DNA of 29,955 nt from Nannocystales bacterium (GTDB lineage Bacteria; Myxococcota_A; Polyangia; Nannocystales; Nannocystaceae). A program made the position numbers and the translations under genes. Numbering within the stretch: position 1 is the first letter of the stretch; each line of letters begins with the position of its first letter. The notes below the pieces were generated by a model. The model ran no database searches, was not told the origin of the DNA, and was given only the letters and a program-made list of their open reading frames with translations. Where the stretch lies: positions 1-29,955 of the forward strand of contig JBOEGF010000072.1 in NCBI GenBank assembly GCA_050633305.1, written 5' to 3'. This document shows positions 9,250 to 18,369 of this stretch, in pieces.

Positions 9250-10113
9250 ATGCGACTCACCGCCAAACTCGCCCTCTTCGCGGCCGGACTCCTGGCCCCC
9301 CTCGCCATCGCGCAAACCGCCCACGCCGGCATCGCAGCTTGCGGCAACATTCACGTCGAGGCTGAGGCCGAGTGTGAAGTCCGCGGCGGAATCGAATGCG
9401 AGGGCATGTGCACCCCGCTTGCTGTCGAGGCGCAGTGTGCCGGAGACCTCACCCTGGAGTGCCGCGGCGGATGCCAGGGCGAACTCTCGGTCGACGTGGA
9501 GTGCTCGGGCAGCTGCGGTGCAGACTGCATGGCCGAGTGCGAGGCTGACCCCCCAAGCTTCGACTGCCGCGGCTCATGTTTCGCGGACTGCCAAGGTCGC
9601 GCCGAAGCACAGTGTGCGACCGGTGACAGCGAGTGCTTCGCATCCGCTGAAGGTTCGTGCGAAGCCGAGTGCTCCGTCACCTGCGATGCCCAACCTGCGC
9701 AGGTCGATTGTGCTGCCAGCTGCGAGGCCAGCTGTGACGCGTCCTGCAGTGCATCGGGTGCGGCGTACCTGGACTGCCAAGTCGAGTGCCAGCGACCGCA
9801 GTTCCCCTCGTGCCAGGCCCAAGTCGAAGGCGGCTGCGAAGTGGCCTGCGAGACCGAGAAGGGCGCTCTGTTCTGCGATGGCAGCTACGTCGACCACGAC
9901 GGAAACCTCGACGAGTGCCTCAGCTCGCTGCGTGCCGCGCTCAACGTGATGGTCAGCGGTTCGGCCAGCTGCGACGGCAACAGCTGCGAAGCTGAAGGTG
10001 CGGTCAGCTGCAGCTGCACCGCGGCCGACTCTCAGACCGATGCCCAAGGCGGAGCGATCTTCGTGCTCGGCGGTCTGTTCCTCTTCGGCCTCTCCCGTCG
10101 CCGCAACGACTAA
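9250..10113 (+). CDS. Secreted cysteine-rich repeat protein with MYXO-CTERM-like sorting signal
   Basis: SD GGAG, signal peptide ending AHA, about 34 Cys largely in CxxxC periodicity, C-terminal SCSC...hydrophobic helix...RRR. Confidence 0.85.
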   Translation: MRLTAKLALFAAGLLAPLAIAQTAHAGIAACGNIHVEAEAECEVRGGIECEGMCTPLAVEAQCAGDLTLECRGGCQGELSVDVECSGSCGADCMAECEADPPSFDCRGSCFADCQGRAEAQCATGDSECFASAEGSCEAECSVTCDAQPAQVDCAASCEASCDASCSASGAAYLDCQVECQRPQFPSCQAQVEGGCEVACETEKGALFCDGSYVDHDGNLDECLSSLRAALNVMVSGSASCDGNSCEAEGAVSCSCTAADSQTDAQGGAIFVLGGLFLFGLSRRRND

Positions 10114-10130
10114 CGCGCGAACCTCCCCCG

Positions 10131-10164
10131 AACGCGTCCGTGCTCTCGAGCCGGGCGCGTTTTT
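10131..10164 (+). terminator. Intrinsic terminator
   Basis: AACGCGTCCG...CGGGCGCGTT stem followed by a T run, just after the stop at 10113. Confidence 0.7.
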
Positions 10165-10190
10165 CGTATGGCCGCGATACCCTCGGATCT

Positions 10191-12368
10191 GTGAGCGGCC
10201 GATACGATGGACAACAACGCGGCGACCGAGGCGACTACGAGCGCTACCTCGCGGGGATGGACGCCTCGATGCAGCAGAAGGTCGCCTTGACCGCCGCCCA
10301 CATGCTTGGAGTCGGTCGTATCGCGGACATGGGGATGGGTTCGGGGACCGGCTCGGAAGCCCTCGCCGCCCTCTATCCGGGACTGCACGTCACGGGTGTG
10401 GACGTCAGCGAAGAGATGGTCACGCTGGCCCGCGAGCGCTTCAAGCTCCCCAACCTCGACTTCGAGTTGGGCGACATCGCCAAACCCGTCTTCGAAGACG
10501 GAACGCTGCACGGCATCCTCAACTCGTCCGTCCTCCACCACGTCACGTCCTTCGGCGAGTACGATCACGACGCCGCTGGCCGAGCGCTCACCGCTCAAGT
10601 TCAACAGCTCGCCGACTACGGGGTGCTGATCGTTCGCGACTTTCTCGACCCGGGAAGCCAGCCCGTCTGGCTCGAGGTTCCCAGCGACGACGGAGACGAC
10701 AGCGACGACCCACGCACATGCTCGTCCGCGGCTCTCCTGCGCCGGTTCGCGAAAGAGTTTCGCTCCCTGCATGCCCAGGCCGGCTTCCCGCTCGAGGACC
10801 TCGGCTCTCCCACACCACGGTGGCACCGTTTCGGGCTCGACCATCGCATGGCCGTGGAGTTCATCCTACGCAAGGACTACCGACGCGACTGGGAGTCCGA
10901 GGTGAAGGAGGAATACACGTACTTCACGCAGGAGCGTTTCGAGACCTGCTACGCCGGACTCGGCCTACGGGTGCTGGCCTCCTCCCCGATCCGCAACCCG
11001 TGGATCGTTCGCAACCGCTACGTCGACAAGTTCCGCCTCACGACCCCGACCGGTGCGTCGATCGAACTCCCCGCGACCAACTACGTCATCGTGGGCGAGA
11101 AGGTCCCCGCGGGCATCGGGGTTCGGATGCAGCCGACGGGGCCTCGCGATGCGATGGGTTTTCTCGAGTTGAGCCACTATCGCCATGAGAGCGGGGCCGT
11201 CATGGACCTGGTTTCGCGGCCCAACCTCACCGTCGATGCGATCCCGTGGTTCGAGGACGACGACGAACTCTTCGTCCTCGCGCGAATGAGCTACCCACGG
11301 CCCGTGCTCGCGGCGGCCCCCACTCAAGCTCTGGACGGCTCCACGCCGCCGGGTTGGGTCACCGAGCCCCTCACACTGATGGCGACCGACGCCCCCTTGG
11401 GTCAGACGATCGAACGCGCGCTCGAAGACCGGGCAGGTGTCGAGGTCGAAGACATCGTCTCGATGGAGCCGGGCAGCCGTCTGCTCCCCTCCCCCGGTGG
11501 TCTCCGGGAGGAAGTGCGCTCGGTCCTCGTCCGCATCGAGCCCCGCTACGCCCAGGTCGATGTCCCCGACGTGTCGGGTTTCTCTTCCTCGGGGCGCGTC
11601 GGAGCCTTGGAGGCGCGTCAGCTGCTCCGCGCCGCCCAGGTCGGAGGCCTCCCGGATGCCCGCCTGGAGCTCAACGTCTACGACCTTCTCCGCCGCCGGG
11701 GTCGTGACCCTGGGCCATGGATCGGAGACACACTCGAGCTGCCCGAGCGCCCCTCCTTGGCCAGCGCAGGCCCGGTTGACGGTCTCCAACGACCCTCCCG
11801 TCGTGTTTTTTCACGCGCGGTCGCCAGCGAAAGCCGGGGTTTTCTCAGCCTCGAATGCCAGAGCTTCGAGGAGCTCGACAGCCACGGCAAACTCGTCGCG
11901 AAGCGAGACTTCGAGTACGTCGTGCCCAATCCGTTGTCCGCGCGAACCATCAGCACGGCGTTGCTGCGACGTATGGATGGTGCCGTCTACATCGCTGTGG
12001 ACGACGACGACCTCCCGGCGGCGCAGTGCATTCGAGGGAACTCAGAGTTGTGGGTGACGCCTGCGTGGCGCCTGCCCCACGGGGTGACAGGCCTTGCGAA
12101 CGGCGTCACCTTCGTCCGCGAACGCCTCCGCCAAGAATACGGAGTATCCACCGGGGACACCGCCTGGCTTGGTGGCCGTTACCACCCATCGACAGGGGCG
12201 ACCCCGGAGGTCGTGCACCCCCTCGCGCTCGAGGTTTCACAGCTCGAACCCGGGCACCGCGCGCTCACGTGGGTGCCCGTACACGAACTCGTGGCATCCC
12301 CCCACTGGCTCGCCGACGGGCATCTGCGCATCGCCGTGGAGCGATGCGCTCACCTGCTACGGGGGTGA
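10191..12368 (+). CDS. Class I SAM-dependent methyltransferase fused to two degenerate Nudix-like domains
   Basis: IADMGMGSG, GVDVSEEM, SSVLHH, LIVRD (methyltransferase). C-terminal repeats RALEDRAGV..LPSPGGLREEV and ERLRQEYGV..YHPSTGATPEVV resemble Nudix folds. Start GTG 10191 is inferred. Confidence 0.75.
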   Translation: MSGRYDGQQRGDRGDYERYLAGMDASMQQKVALTAAHMLGVGRIADMGMGSGTGSEALAALYPGLHVTGVDVSEEMVTLARERFKLPNLDFELGDIAKPVFEDGTLHGILNSSVLHHVTSFGEYDHDAAGRALTAQVQQLADYGVLIVRDFLDPGSQPVWLEVPSDDGDDSDDPRTCSSAALLRRFAKEFRSLHAQAGFPLEDLGSPTPRWHRFGLDHRMAVEFILRKDYRRDWESEVKEEYTYFTQERFETCYAGLGLRVLASSPIRNPWIVRNRYVDKFRLTTPTGASIELPATNYVIVGEKVPAGIGVRMQPTGPRDAMGFLELSHYRHESGAVMDLVSRPNLTVDAIPWFEDDDELFVLARMSYPRPVLAAAPTQALDGSTPPGWVTEPLTLMATDAPLGQTIERALEDRAGVEVEDIVSMEPGSRLLPSPGGLREEVRSVLVRIEPRYAQVDVPDVSGFSSSGRVGALEARQLLRAAQVGGLPDARLELNVYDLLRRRGRDPGPWIGDTLELPERPSLASAGPVDGLQRPSRRVFSRAVASESRGFLSLECQSFEELDSHGKLVAKRDFEYVVPNPLSARTISTALLRRMDGAVYIAVDDDDLPAAQCIRGNSELWVTPAWRLPHGVTGLANGVTFVRERLRQEYGVSTGDTAWLGGRYHPSTGATPEVVHPLALEVSQLEPGHRALTWVPVHELVASPHWLADGHLRIAVERCAHLLRG

Positions 12369-13397
12369 GAAGTTGTTGCAGGCATCGACGATCGGCTGGA
12401 CCTGCGAAAGCAGAAACGCCGAGTAGTCCATCTGGCACACGTCGTGGGTCGCACTCGTTTGGAACCCGCTGGTGAACGCCTTGAGCCGCGTTGCGTCGGT
12501 GTCGTCGGCACACCCCGCTGCGCTCATGTCGGGCACGATCGAAAACACCGCGATGTCCTTTCGGATGCCGTCCTTGAGTGTCGCCAGCTGGTCTACCCAC
12601 ACATCGGGATCGCCATCAGACCCCCACAGCGTGGGTTGCTCGACGTCGTCCTCTTCGTCGGAGACGATCACCACCACGAGAAGCGCATCCTCCTCGACGA
12701 AGTCCGCGTTGAACCCTTCGGCGGTCTCGCCGGTGAGAGCCTCGAGCAGCATGTCCATCGGACGCTCGTTGGGGTCGCCAGCCTCCCCCGTCGCGACGGC
12801 GCCGTTCAACTCGGTTTGCAGCGTGAGGTTGTTGTCGGCAGAGAGCGGATCCCAACGCATGTAGTTGAAGCCGCTGGAGTACGGAACCGCGTCCACGCCG
12901 GTGGGCACGACGAACTCGGGCTCGTCGGTCGTGATGACGGCGATGCTGACGTTGCCCATCGCCGTGAGGGCTTGCTGCGCGACCTGAGTGACGAACGCGA
13001 ATGCCGTCGCCTGAAACCGGATCTGCTCCGGCCCCATGCCGATCGAGTTGTCGACGACGAACAAGAAGTTGACCCCGATGCACGGGACGATCGGCTCGCC
13101 GCCCGTGGATCCGGTCGCATCGGTGTCCGTCCCCGGGTCGGTGTCCGTCGCGGGGTCGGTGTCGGACGTTGGATCGGTGGTGGTCGGGGTGGTCGTCGTG
13201 GGCCCGCCGGTGCCTGTCCCCGTCGTGGACATGTCGGTGTCGGCGTCCGTGTCCCCGGTGCCAGACATCGTCGTCACGGGGCCAGATCCGGTCCCGCCCG
13301 AACAGAACATGCCGCAGTCCTGGTCCGGACCCCCGCAACCCGCTCCCGCGGCCGCAAGCCCTCCCAGCAACGCCGACAACGTGGGTCGAAGCATCAC
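12357..13397 (-). CDS. Lipoprotein with Thr/Asp-rich linker and vWA-like domain
   Basis: Signal ending GAGC, low-complexity T/D/G linker, FLFVVDNSIGM (degenerate MIDAS), LVVVIVSDEED. Confidence 0.75.
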   Translation of the reverse strand: MMLRPTLSALLGGLAAAGAGCGGPDQDCGMFCSGGTGSGPVTTMSGTGDTDADTDMSTTGTGTGGPTTTTPTTTDPTSDTDPATDTDPGTDTDATGSTGGEPIVPCIGVNFLFVVDNSIGMGPEQIRFQATAFAFVTQVAQQALTAMGNVSIAVITTDEPEFVVPTGVDAVPYSSGFNYMRWDPLSADNNLTLQTELNGAVATGEAGDPNERPMDMLLEALTGETAEGFNADFVEEDALLVVVIVSDEEDDVEQPTLWGSDGDPDVWVDQLATLKDGIRKDIAVFSIVPDMSAAGCADDTDATRLKAFTSGFQTSATHDVCQMDYSAFLLSQVQPIVDACNNFSPP

Positions 13398-13469
13398 ACC
13401 TACAGCTTAGTACACCCCCGGCCCCGAGACGAGTGAGCTCGGGTCGGCGCGCCGGGTGTCGCGCGAGCT

Positions 13470-14846
13470 TCAGTTGTCGGGCGCGCCCTGGATGATCCAG
13501 GTTCGGATCAACTCGAGCTGGCTCTCGTTGAGGGGCTCACCATTGAGCGGCATGCGATCGCCCATCACGCCCGCTCCGGTCAGCTTCGACATCAAGTAGC
13601 TGTTGGTCGGGTTGACCGCCGTCACCAGCGGCACATCGGGGTTCTGCATCGAGGCGACGTCCAGCATCGCATCCCGCGACTTGCCCGCAGTGAGGTCGAG
13701 CCCCGCGGCGGGGTTGTTGGTGCTGTGACACGGAGAGAACGAGCAGGATTGGTCCAGAATCGGCTGGACGTGGCCGGACAGGGTCGCGCCCCCTCCATCC
13801 GGAGGCGTCACCAATTCGGCGGCGTACTCACAGTTGTCGTAGTCGATGACCGAGTTGGTCTCGGCGCCGCCTTCGTCCGCCGTGCCCTCGATCCAGCACG
13901 CGATCGCGATGATCTCGGACGCCGTCAGCGGCTGGTTCGCCAGCGGCATCGGGCTGCCCGGAACGTTCCCCTGCAATCGCTGCAGCAAGTAGGAGTTCCA
14001 CGGATCGCCTGGCTTGATCTCCTGCATCGAGTCCTCGCTGGACCCGCCGTAGACTCCGTCCGCATTGGGGTCGCCCGGCGTGACCGCCTCGAGGACCTGA
14101 GCATGGGTCGCGAACTCGGCCGTGTTGACCATGTCGATGAGGCTCGCGCCTTGGACATAGGACAGCGCCGCGCTGACCGTGCCGACCGGTTGCATGACCC
14201 CTCCGACCATCCGCTCGATCACAGCCGACTCTGGTACACCAGGGGTGAGCATCGAGGCGGGCATGGGCTCACGCAACGTGAGCGTGGCTGTCCCGCCGCC
14301 CATCCCATCGTCGTGGACTACGATGCCGCCGATCTCGACAGCATGTCCGATGTTGGCTCCGTCGGTGAATCGCAACACGTCACCGATCGGCTCGCACGCG
14401 TTGAACACCGATTCGGGGTCGTTGTAGATCTCGTTGAGGTTGCACGGTCGACCAATACGGTCGATGACACCTTGTGGAGTCCGAAGGTCCGGGTACTCCA
14501 TGTTGTTGTGGCAGACGTTCTGGAACGGCGTGCAGGTTCGTTGAACGACCTTGACGTGAATCTCCTCGTACGTCGGGAACTCCAACTTGGCTTCCTCGAT
14601 GTACGCCTCACCCTCGTCGTTGTTGGGCGAACCGCTGGTGCCCTCGTCCGTATCCACGCCCCCGGACTCCGCCGCGTCGGTGTCACTGACGTCGGTGTCC
14701 GCAGACTCGGTGTCGGTCTCACCGTCGCCAACGCCGACCCCGGAACCGCCGCTTGCGAAGCTCCCCCGCGCGCCGGGCCCAGCCTCGCAGCCCAATGCCG
14801 CGGTCCCCAGCGCAAGCAATCCAACGACCGTGTAGCGACCCATCAT
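13470..14846 (-). CDS. Lipoprotein with two putative atypical cytochrome c domains (paralog 1)
   Basis: Lipobox ALGC, acidic linker, CTPFQNVCH...SYLLQRL..GSPMPL and CSFSPCH...SYLMSKL..GDRMPL...WIIQGA. Confidence 0.75.
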   Translation of the reverse strand: MMGRYTVVGLLALGTAALGCEAGPGARGSFASGGSGVGVGDGETDTESADTDVSDTDAAESGGVDTDEGTSGSPNNDEGEAYIEEAKLEFPTYEEIHVKVVQRTCTPFQNVCHNNMEYPDLRTPQGVIDRIGRPCNLNEIYNDPESVFNACEPIGDVLRFTDGANIGHAVEIGGIVVHDDGMGGGTATLTLREPMPASMLTPGVPESAVIERMVGGVMQPVGTVSAALSYVQGASLIDMVNTAEFATHAQVLEAVTPGDPNADGVYGGSSEDSMQEIKPGDPWNSYLLQRLQGNVPGSPMPLANQPLTASEIIAIACWIEGTADEGGAETNSVIDYDNCEYAAELVTPPDGGGATLSGHVQPILDQSCSFSPCHSTNNPAAGLDLTAGKSRDAMLDVASMQNPDVPLVTAVNPTNSYLMSKLTGAGVMGDRMPLNGEPLNESQLELIRTWIIQGAPDN

Positions 14847-14870
14847 CCGAGGCCGATTCTACAGCACACA

Positions 14871-14911
14871 AAACGACAAAGGCGAGGTGAGCCTAGCGCG
14901 CACCTCGCCTT
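14871..14911 (-). terminator. Intrinsic terminator downstream of the DUF1501 gene
   Basis: AAGGCGAGGTG...CACCTCGCCTT inverted repeat followed by TGTCGTTT on the minus strand. Confidence 0.65.
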
Positions 14912-14965
14912 CCATTTCTCGGGGATGACCCGGCGCCCTCGAATGCCGGGTGTCGCGCCGAAGCA

Positions 14966-16351
14966 CTACGCGAAGAAGTCTTCGATCGGAGCTGCGCCTG
15001 GGAAGACCTCGGCGTAGTCGATGTCGAGCCAAGCGAGCCACGTCGCGAGGTAGTTCTGGGTCGAGTAGACCTGGGACCCAGCCACGAGCGACACGTCCTC
15101 GGGGTTCGTCTGGCCCAACTGCATGCCACCAGCGGCAGCGCCCCCCATCATGAACCAGGCCTGGTTGCGCATGGCCGGGGTCCCGGTGTGGTCGGATCCA
15201 CCGCCGGAGTTGTAGCCCGAGCCCATCATGTTGTCGCGACCGAACTCGGAGACCGTGCACACCATGGTGCGGTCCCAGTAGGTCCCGCCTGCGGGGTGCG
15301 GCAGGTTCTTGAGCAGGTAGTTGAACCCGCACAGAACACGCTCGAGCGTCTGCGCGCTGGTCGTGAACGCGTTCATCTCGTTGGAGTGCGTGTCCCAACC
15401 GTTGTCGCCAATGACCATCGCCGTCGATCCTTCCATGAGGAAGCGGGACGCCAGCGCAGCGTTGCGACCGAACGTGCTGGTGCCGAAGATCGCGGCGAGC
15501 TGCGCGTTGGTGTAGCCGTACTTCTCGGCCGTAGGCTCCGCGGCGACCTTGAGCGCAGGGTCGGTGAAGACGTTGCGGAAGTGCTCGACCGCGTCCTTGC
15601 CCAACGCGAGCCGGGACATCGTCGTGCGGTCGGACGCGCTGTGCGTGTTCCGCATGTGGTTGTCGAGACCGGATTCGAACGCCCGCGCCCAGTCGGGCTG
15701 CTGCTCCCCTGCCTCGCCGTCTCCGGACTGTGAGGCGAACTCGGCAAAGCTGGTCGTCTTGAGCGGCTCGCTGTCCCCTGCGGGCCGAGCGAACGGAGTG
15801 GTCGCATCACCGCCACCGATCACCACGGGTGGGAAGCTGCCGAACTCGGCCACTTCGGAGCCGTAGTACTTATGCAGCTTCATGATGTGGCTCATGATGC
15901 CGGGGCCGCCCGCGTTGTAGCCGCTGGCGATCCAGTTGCGGGCCACCGTGTGACTGCCCTCGCCCGACGCGGAGTCCGGCGTGTGGTCCATCGCCACCGA
16001 CACGGCCATGTCCGTGGCGATGTCGGTGATCGACGGGAGGGATCCGGTCAACCCACTGCCCACATCGAAGGGGATCGCCGCATTGGCGAACACACCACCG
16101 ACGCTCCACGCTGCCGCGGAGGCGTGCTCGTTGTACGGGTTGTAGCGGCTGGCGACCCCTGCGTTGAACATCGGGACCGTCCGCGCACCACCATCCAAGT
16201 TGAGGATGATGAGGTGGTTGTCCTTGTCGCCGTAGTCGAAGTTTGCGCGGGCCCGGTTGGGGGAGAAGAAGTAGGGGGCCGCCACAGCTGCTGCCGTGCC
16301 GCCGAGACCCATCTTCAGGAAGTTACGCCGATTCGCTTTGATTCTCGTCAT
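14966..16351 (-). CDS. Tat-exported DUF1501-family protein
   Basis: NRRNFLK twin-arginine signal, LIILNLDGG, GWDTHSN, DRTMVCTVSEFGR, GSDH. Confidence 0.88.
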   Translation of the reverse strand: MTRIKANRRNFLKMGLGGTAAAVAAPYFFSPNRARANFDYGDKDNHLIILNLDGGARTVPMFNAGVASRYNPYNEHASAAAWSVGGVFANAAIPFDVGSGLTGSLPSITDIATDMAVSVAMDHTPDSASGEGSHTVARNWIASGYNAGGPGIMSHIMKLHKYYGSEVAEFGSFPPVVIGGGDATTPFARPAGDSEPLKTTSFAEFASQSGDGEAGEQQPDWARAFESGLDNHMRNTHSASDRTTMSRLALGKDAVEHFRNVFTDPALKVAAEPTAEKYGYTNAQLAAIFGTSTFGRNAALASRFLMEGSTAMVIGDNGWDTHSNEMNAFTTSAQTLERVLCGFNYLLKNLPHPAGGTYWDRTMVCTVSEFGRDNMMGSGYNSGGGSDHTGTPAMRNQAWFMMGGAAAGGMQLGQTNPEDVSLVAGSQVYSTQNYLATWLAWLDIDYAEVFPGAAPIEDFFA

Positions 16352-16381
16352 CGTCTGTATGTCCTTCCGAGTCTCGAGTCC

Positions 16382-18124
16382 CTAGTAGAACAAGAAGTCC
16401 GACGATTTGATGACCAGTCGGCAGGTGTGTTCGGCGAACTGCGCCGGGTTGCAGGTTGAATCGTCTCGGCAGCCATCGACCCCCTCGGCGAGCGCCTCAC
16501 TGGCCGTCTCGGGAATGGGTCGAATGAGTGCCGCGGCGTAGATTTGGTTGGCCGCTGCGGACAGCGATGCCTCGTCCTCGTCGTTGGGGTCTTCGATGAA
16601 CTGGTCCGGGAAGATGGGCGAGTCGGCCGTGGCCGAGATGCACAGGTCACGGGTAAGCGTGGCCTGCGTGAGCGCGGCGATCAGGCCTGCTCGGGTCTCC
16701 CGGAACGAGGAGTCGCGGTCGGGACAGCCACCGAGGAGCCGGGCCGTGTCGCGGAACTCATAGTCGGGCGTCGTGCCGTCGGTGGTCGGGTAGTTGTGCG
16801 GCTGTGTCCCGAGCACCTCGGGGTAGCGATGGTCACACGACCCGGGGACCTGCCCCACGAGACGTTGGGTGGAGCGAAGCCATGCCTCGGCATCCATCTG
16901 CTTGGTCGGCCCGTGCCAGAACGCGGGGTCCCAGTCGGCGGGGTCAGGCTTGTCATCCTCGTCGTAGACGTTCGTCGCCGTGTACACGAGCGCGGTGAGG
17001 ATCTCGCGGTCGACCACCCGAGCGTTGCCTGCATTTTCTTCGAGCAGGTCGACCAGTGCCTGCCGAGCGGCGGGGACCATCGTGCCCAAGTCGTAGCCGA
17101 GGTAGCGGTCCAACGTTCGGTCGATGTACGCCTCGTAGAACTCGCCGCTGCCCGCGATGCGCTGGCCCGGAATGCGGACCTGGTCCCACTGTGCCGGCGT
17201 CAGCATGTCGACGTCGATGACGTTCATCTCGGGATCAACAGCGGCGGGGTCGGGCTGCGCGACCACCACTTGGTCGCCGGCTTCCCAGTAGTCCGAGCTG
17301 CACAGGGCCGAGTTCACGCAGTTGTTGGTGTTGAGCACCACGCGGTTCGTCGCGCCCTGCAGCGGGTCCGTAAACGGTCGCTCTTCCCACATGCGGAACA
17401 GCGGGAAGAGGTCGAGCCGCTCCGCGCCACTGGCATCTCGACCGAAGTGGCTGAGGAAGTTGAACCCGATGAGATCGAGACCATCCCAGCGACCGAGGAA
17501 CGCCGGGTGGGTCACCGCTTCGAGTGCGAAGGCGTCGAGCGTGATCTGGTCGGCGGGGTTGACCGCGTAGACCTGTCCGACCATCGCATCGAGGTCCGCG
17601 ATGTATGCGTGGTAGGTCAGCTCGCTGTTCATGTGGAAGACGTCCGCCCACATGCGCTGGCTGATCACGACGTACTCAGGGCGCGCCATGAAGTCGTCGA
17701 CGATCTCGTCGACCGTGCGGTTCTTGCAATCCACCTCGTAGTCGACCGAGGTGGGGGAGATGCCAAGAAGGTCGATGTAGAGGCGGCGGCACATCTCGAC
17801 TTGGTCGGATGGCTCGGGCTGGACACCAAGGCCCTGCACGTGCTCGCACATCGCTTCATCGATGACGTTGTCGAACGTCTCGTCGTCGCAATTCGTCACC
17901 GGTGGGTCGTCGGTGTCACCACCGGACTCGTCACTGCCGGACTCGTCGCCGCCGGTCGAGGCATCCTCGGAGTTGGTGGGATCGTCGCCGGTCGGGTTGG
18001 AAGAATCCCCTGCCGACGCCGCATCCGTGTCGGTGTCGCCGGCCCCCGCCGGATCGTCACCACACGCGGACGCGGCCACCGTCATGGCGAACGCGATCGA
18101 AAACCTGAGTGCTTTTTTGGTCAT
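16382..18124 (-). CDS. Lipoprotein with DUF1549/DUF1553-like domains
   Basis: SD AGGGGAG before MTKKALRF, lipobox ASAC, acidic linker, CRRLYIDLLGISPT, VDDFMARPEY..WADVF, KQMDAEAWLRS, C-terminal SSDFLFY. Confidence 0.8.
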   Translation of the reverse strand: MTKKALRFSIAFAMTVAASACGDDPAGAGDTDTDAASAGDSSNPTGDDPTNSEDASTGGDESGSDESGGDTDDPPVTNCDDETFDNVIDEAMCEHVQGLGVQPEPSDQVEMCRRLYIDLLGISPTSVDYEVDCKNRTVDEIVDDFMARPEYVVISQRMWADVFHMNSELTYHAYIADLDAMVGQVYAVNPADQITLDAFALEAVTHPAFLGRWDGLDLIGFNFLSHFGRDASGAERLDLFPLFRMWEERPFTDPLQGATNRVVLNTNNCVNSALCSSDYWEAGDQVVVAQPDPAAVDPEMNVIDVDMLTPAQWDQVRIPGQRIAGSGEFYEAYIDRTLDRYLGYDLGTMVPAARQALVDLLEENAGNARVVDREILTALVYTATNVYDEDDKPDPADWDPAFWHGPTKQMDAEAWLRSTQRLVGQVPGSCDHRYPEVLGTQPHNYPTTDGTTPDYEFRDTARLLGGCPDRDSSFRETRAGLIAALTQATLTRDLCISATADSPIFPDQFIEDPNDEDEASLSAAANQIYAAALIRPIPETASEALAEGVDGCRDDSTCNPAQFAEHTCRLVIKSSDFLFY

Positions 18125-18249
18125 GTCGACTCCCCTGTTTGGCCTTCCGCCAAAATCCGAGCAGGCCCGCTGCGCCCCTCGAATGTGTCCGCGTGCGGCG
18201 GGTGTGTTGATGCCTCTCCCCAGGCCACCTTCCGCACACGATGCGACAC

Positions 18250-18294
18250 GTAAGACACAGCTCACGTCTCGCTTTCCGGCCCCATTGTAAAAAA
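18250..18294 (-). promoter_or_regulatory. Candidate ECF-sigma promoter (copy A)
   Basis: T6-N9-CCGGAAA-N16-GTCTTAC; a similar motif occurs at 22966-23011. Confidence 0.5.
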
Positions 18295-18369
18295 CTTTGG
18301 GGGCCGCCGGAACGGTCATTCGCGGGTATCTGCCGCAGTTTTCCGGGGGTCGGCAAAGCGCTGCACACC

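Noticed and set aside
13100..13290. Short GTGTCGGT/GTGTCCGT-like repeats (also near 14640-14720, 17900-18050, 22680-22800)
   Set aside because: They encode Thr/Asp/Gly/Ser low-complexity linkers; no constant repeat-spacer structure and no cas genes, so not CRISPR.
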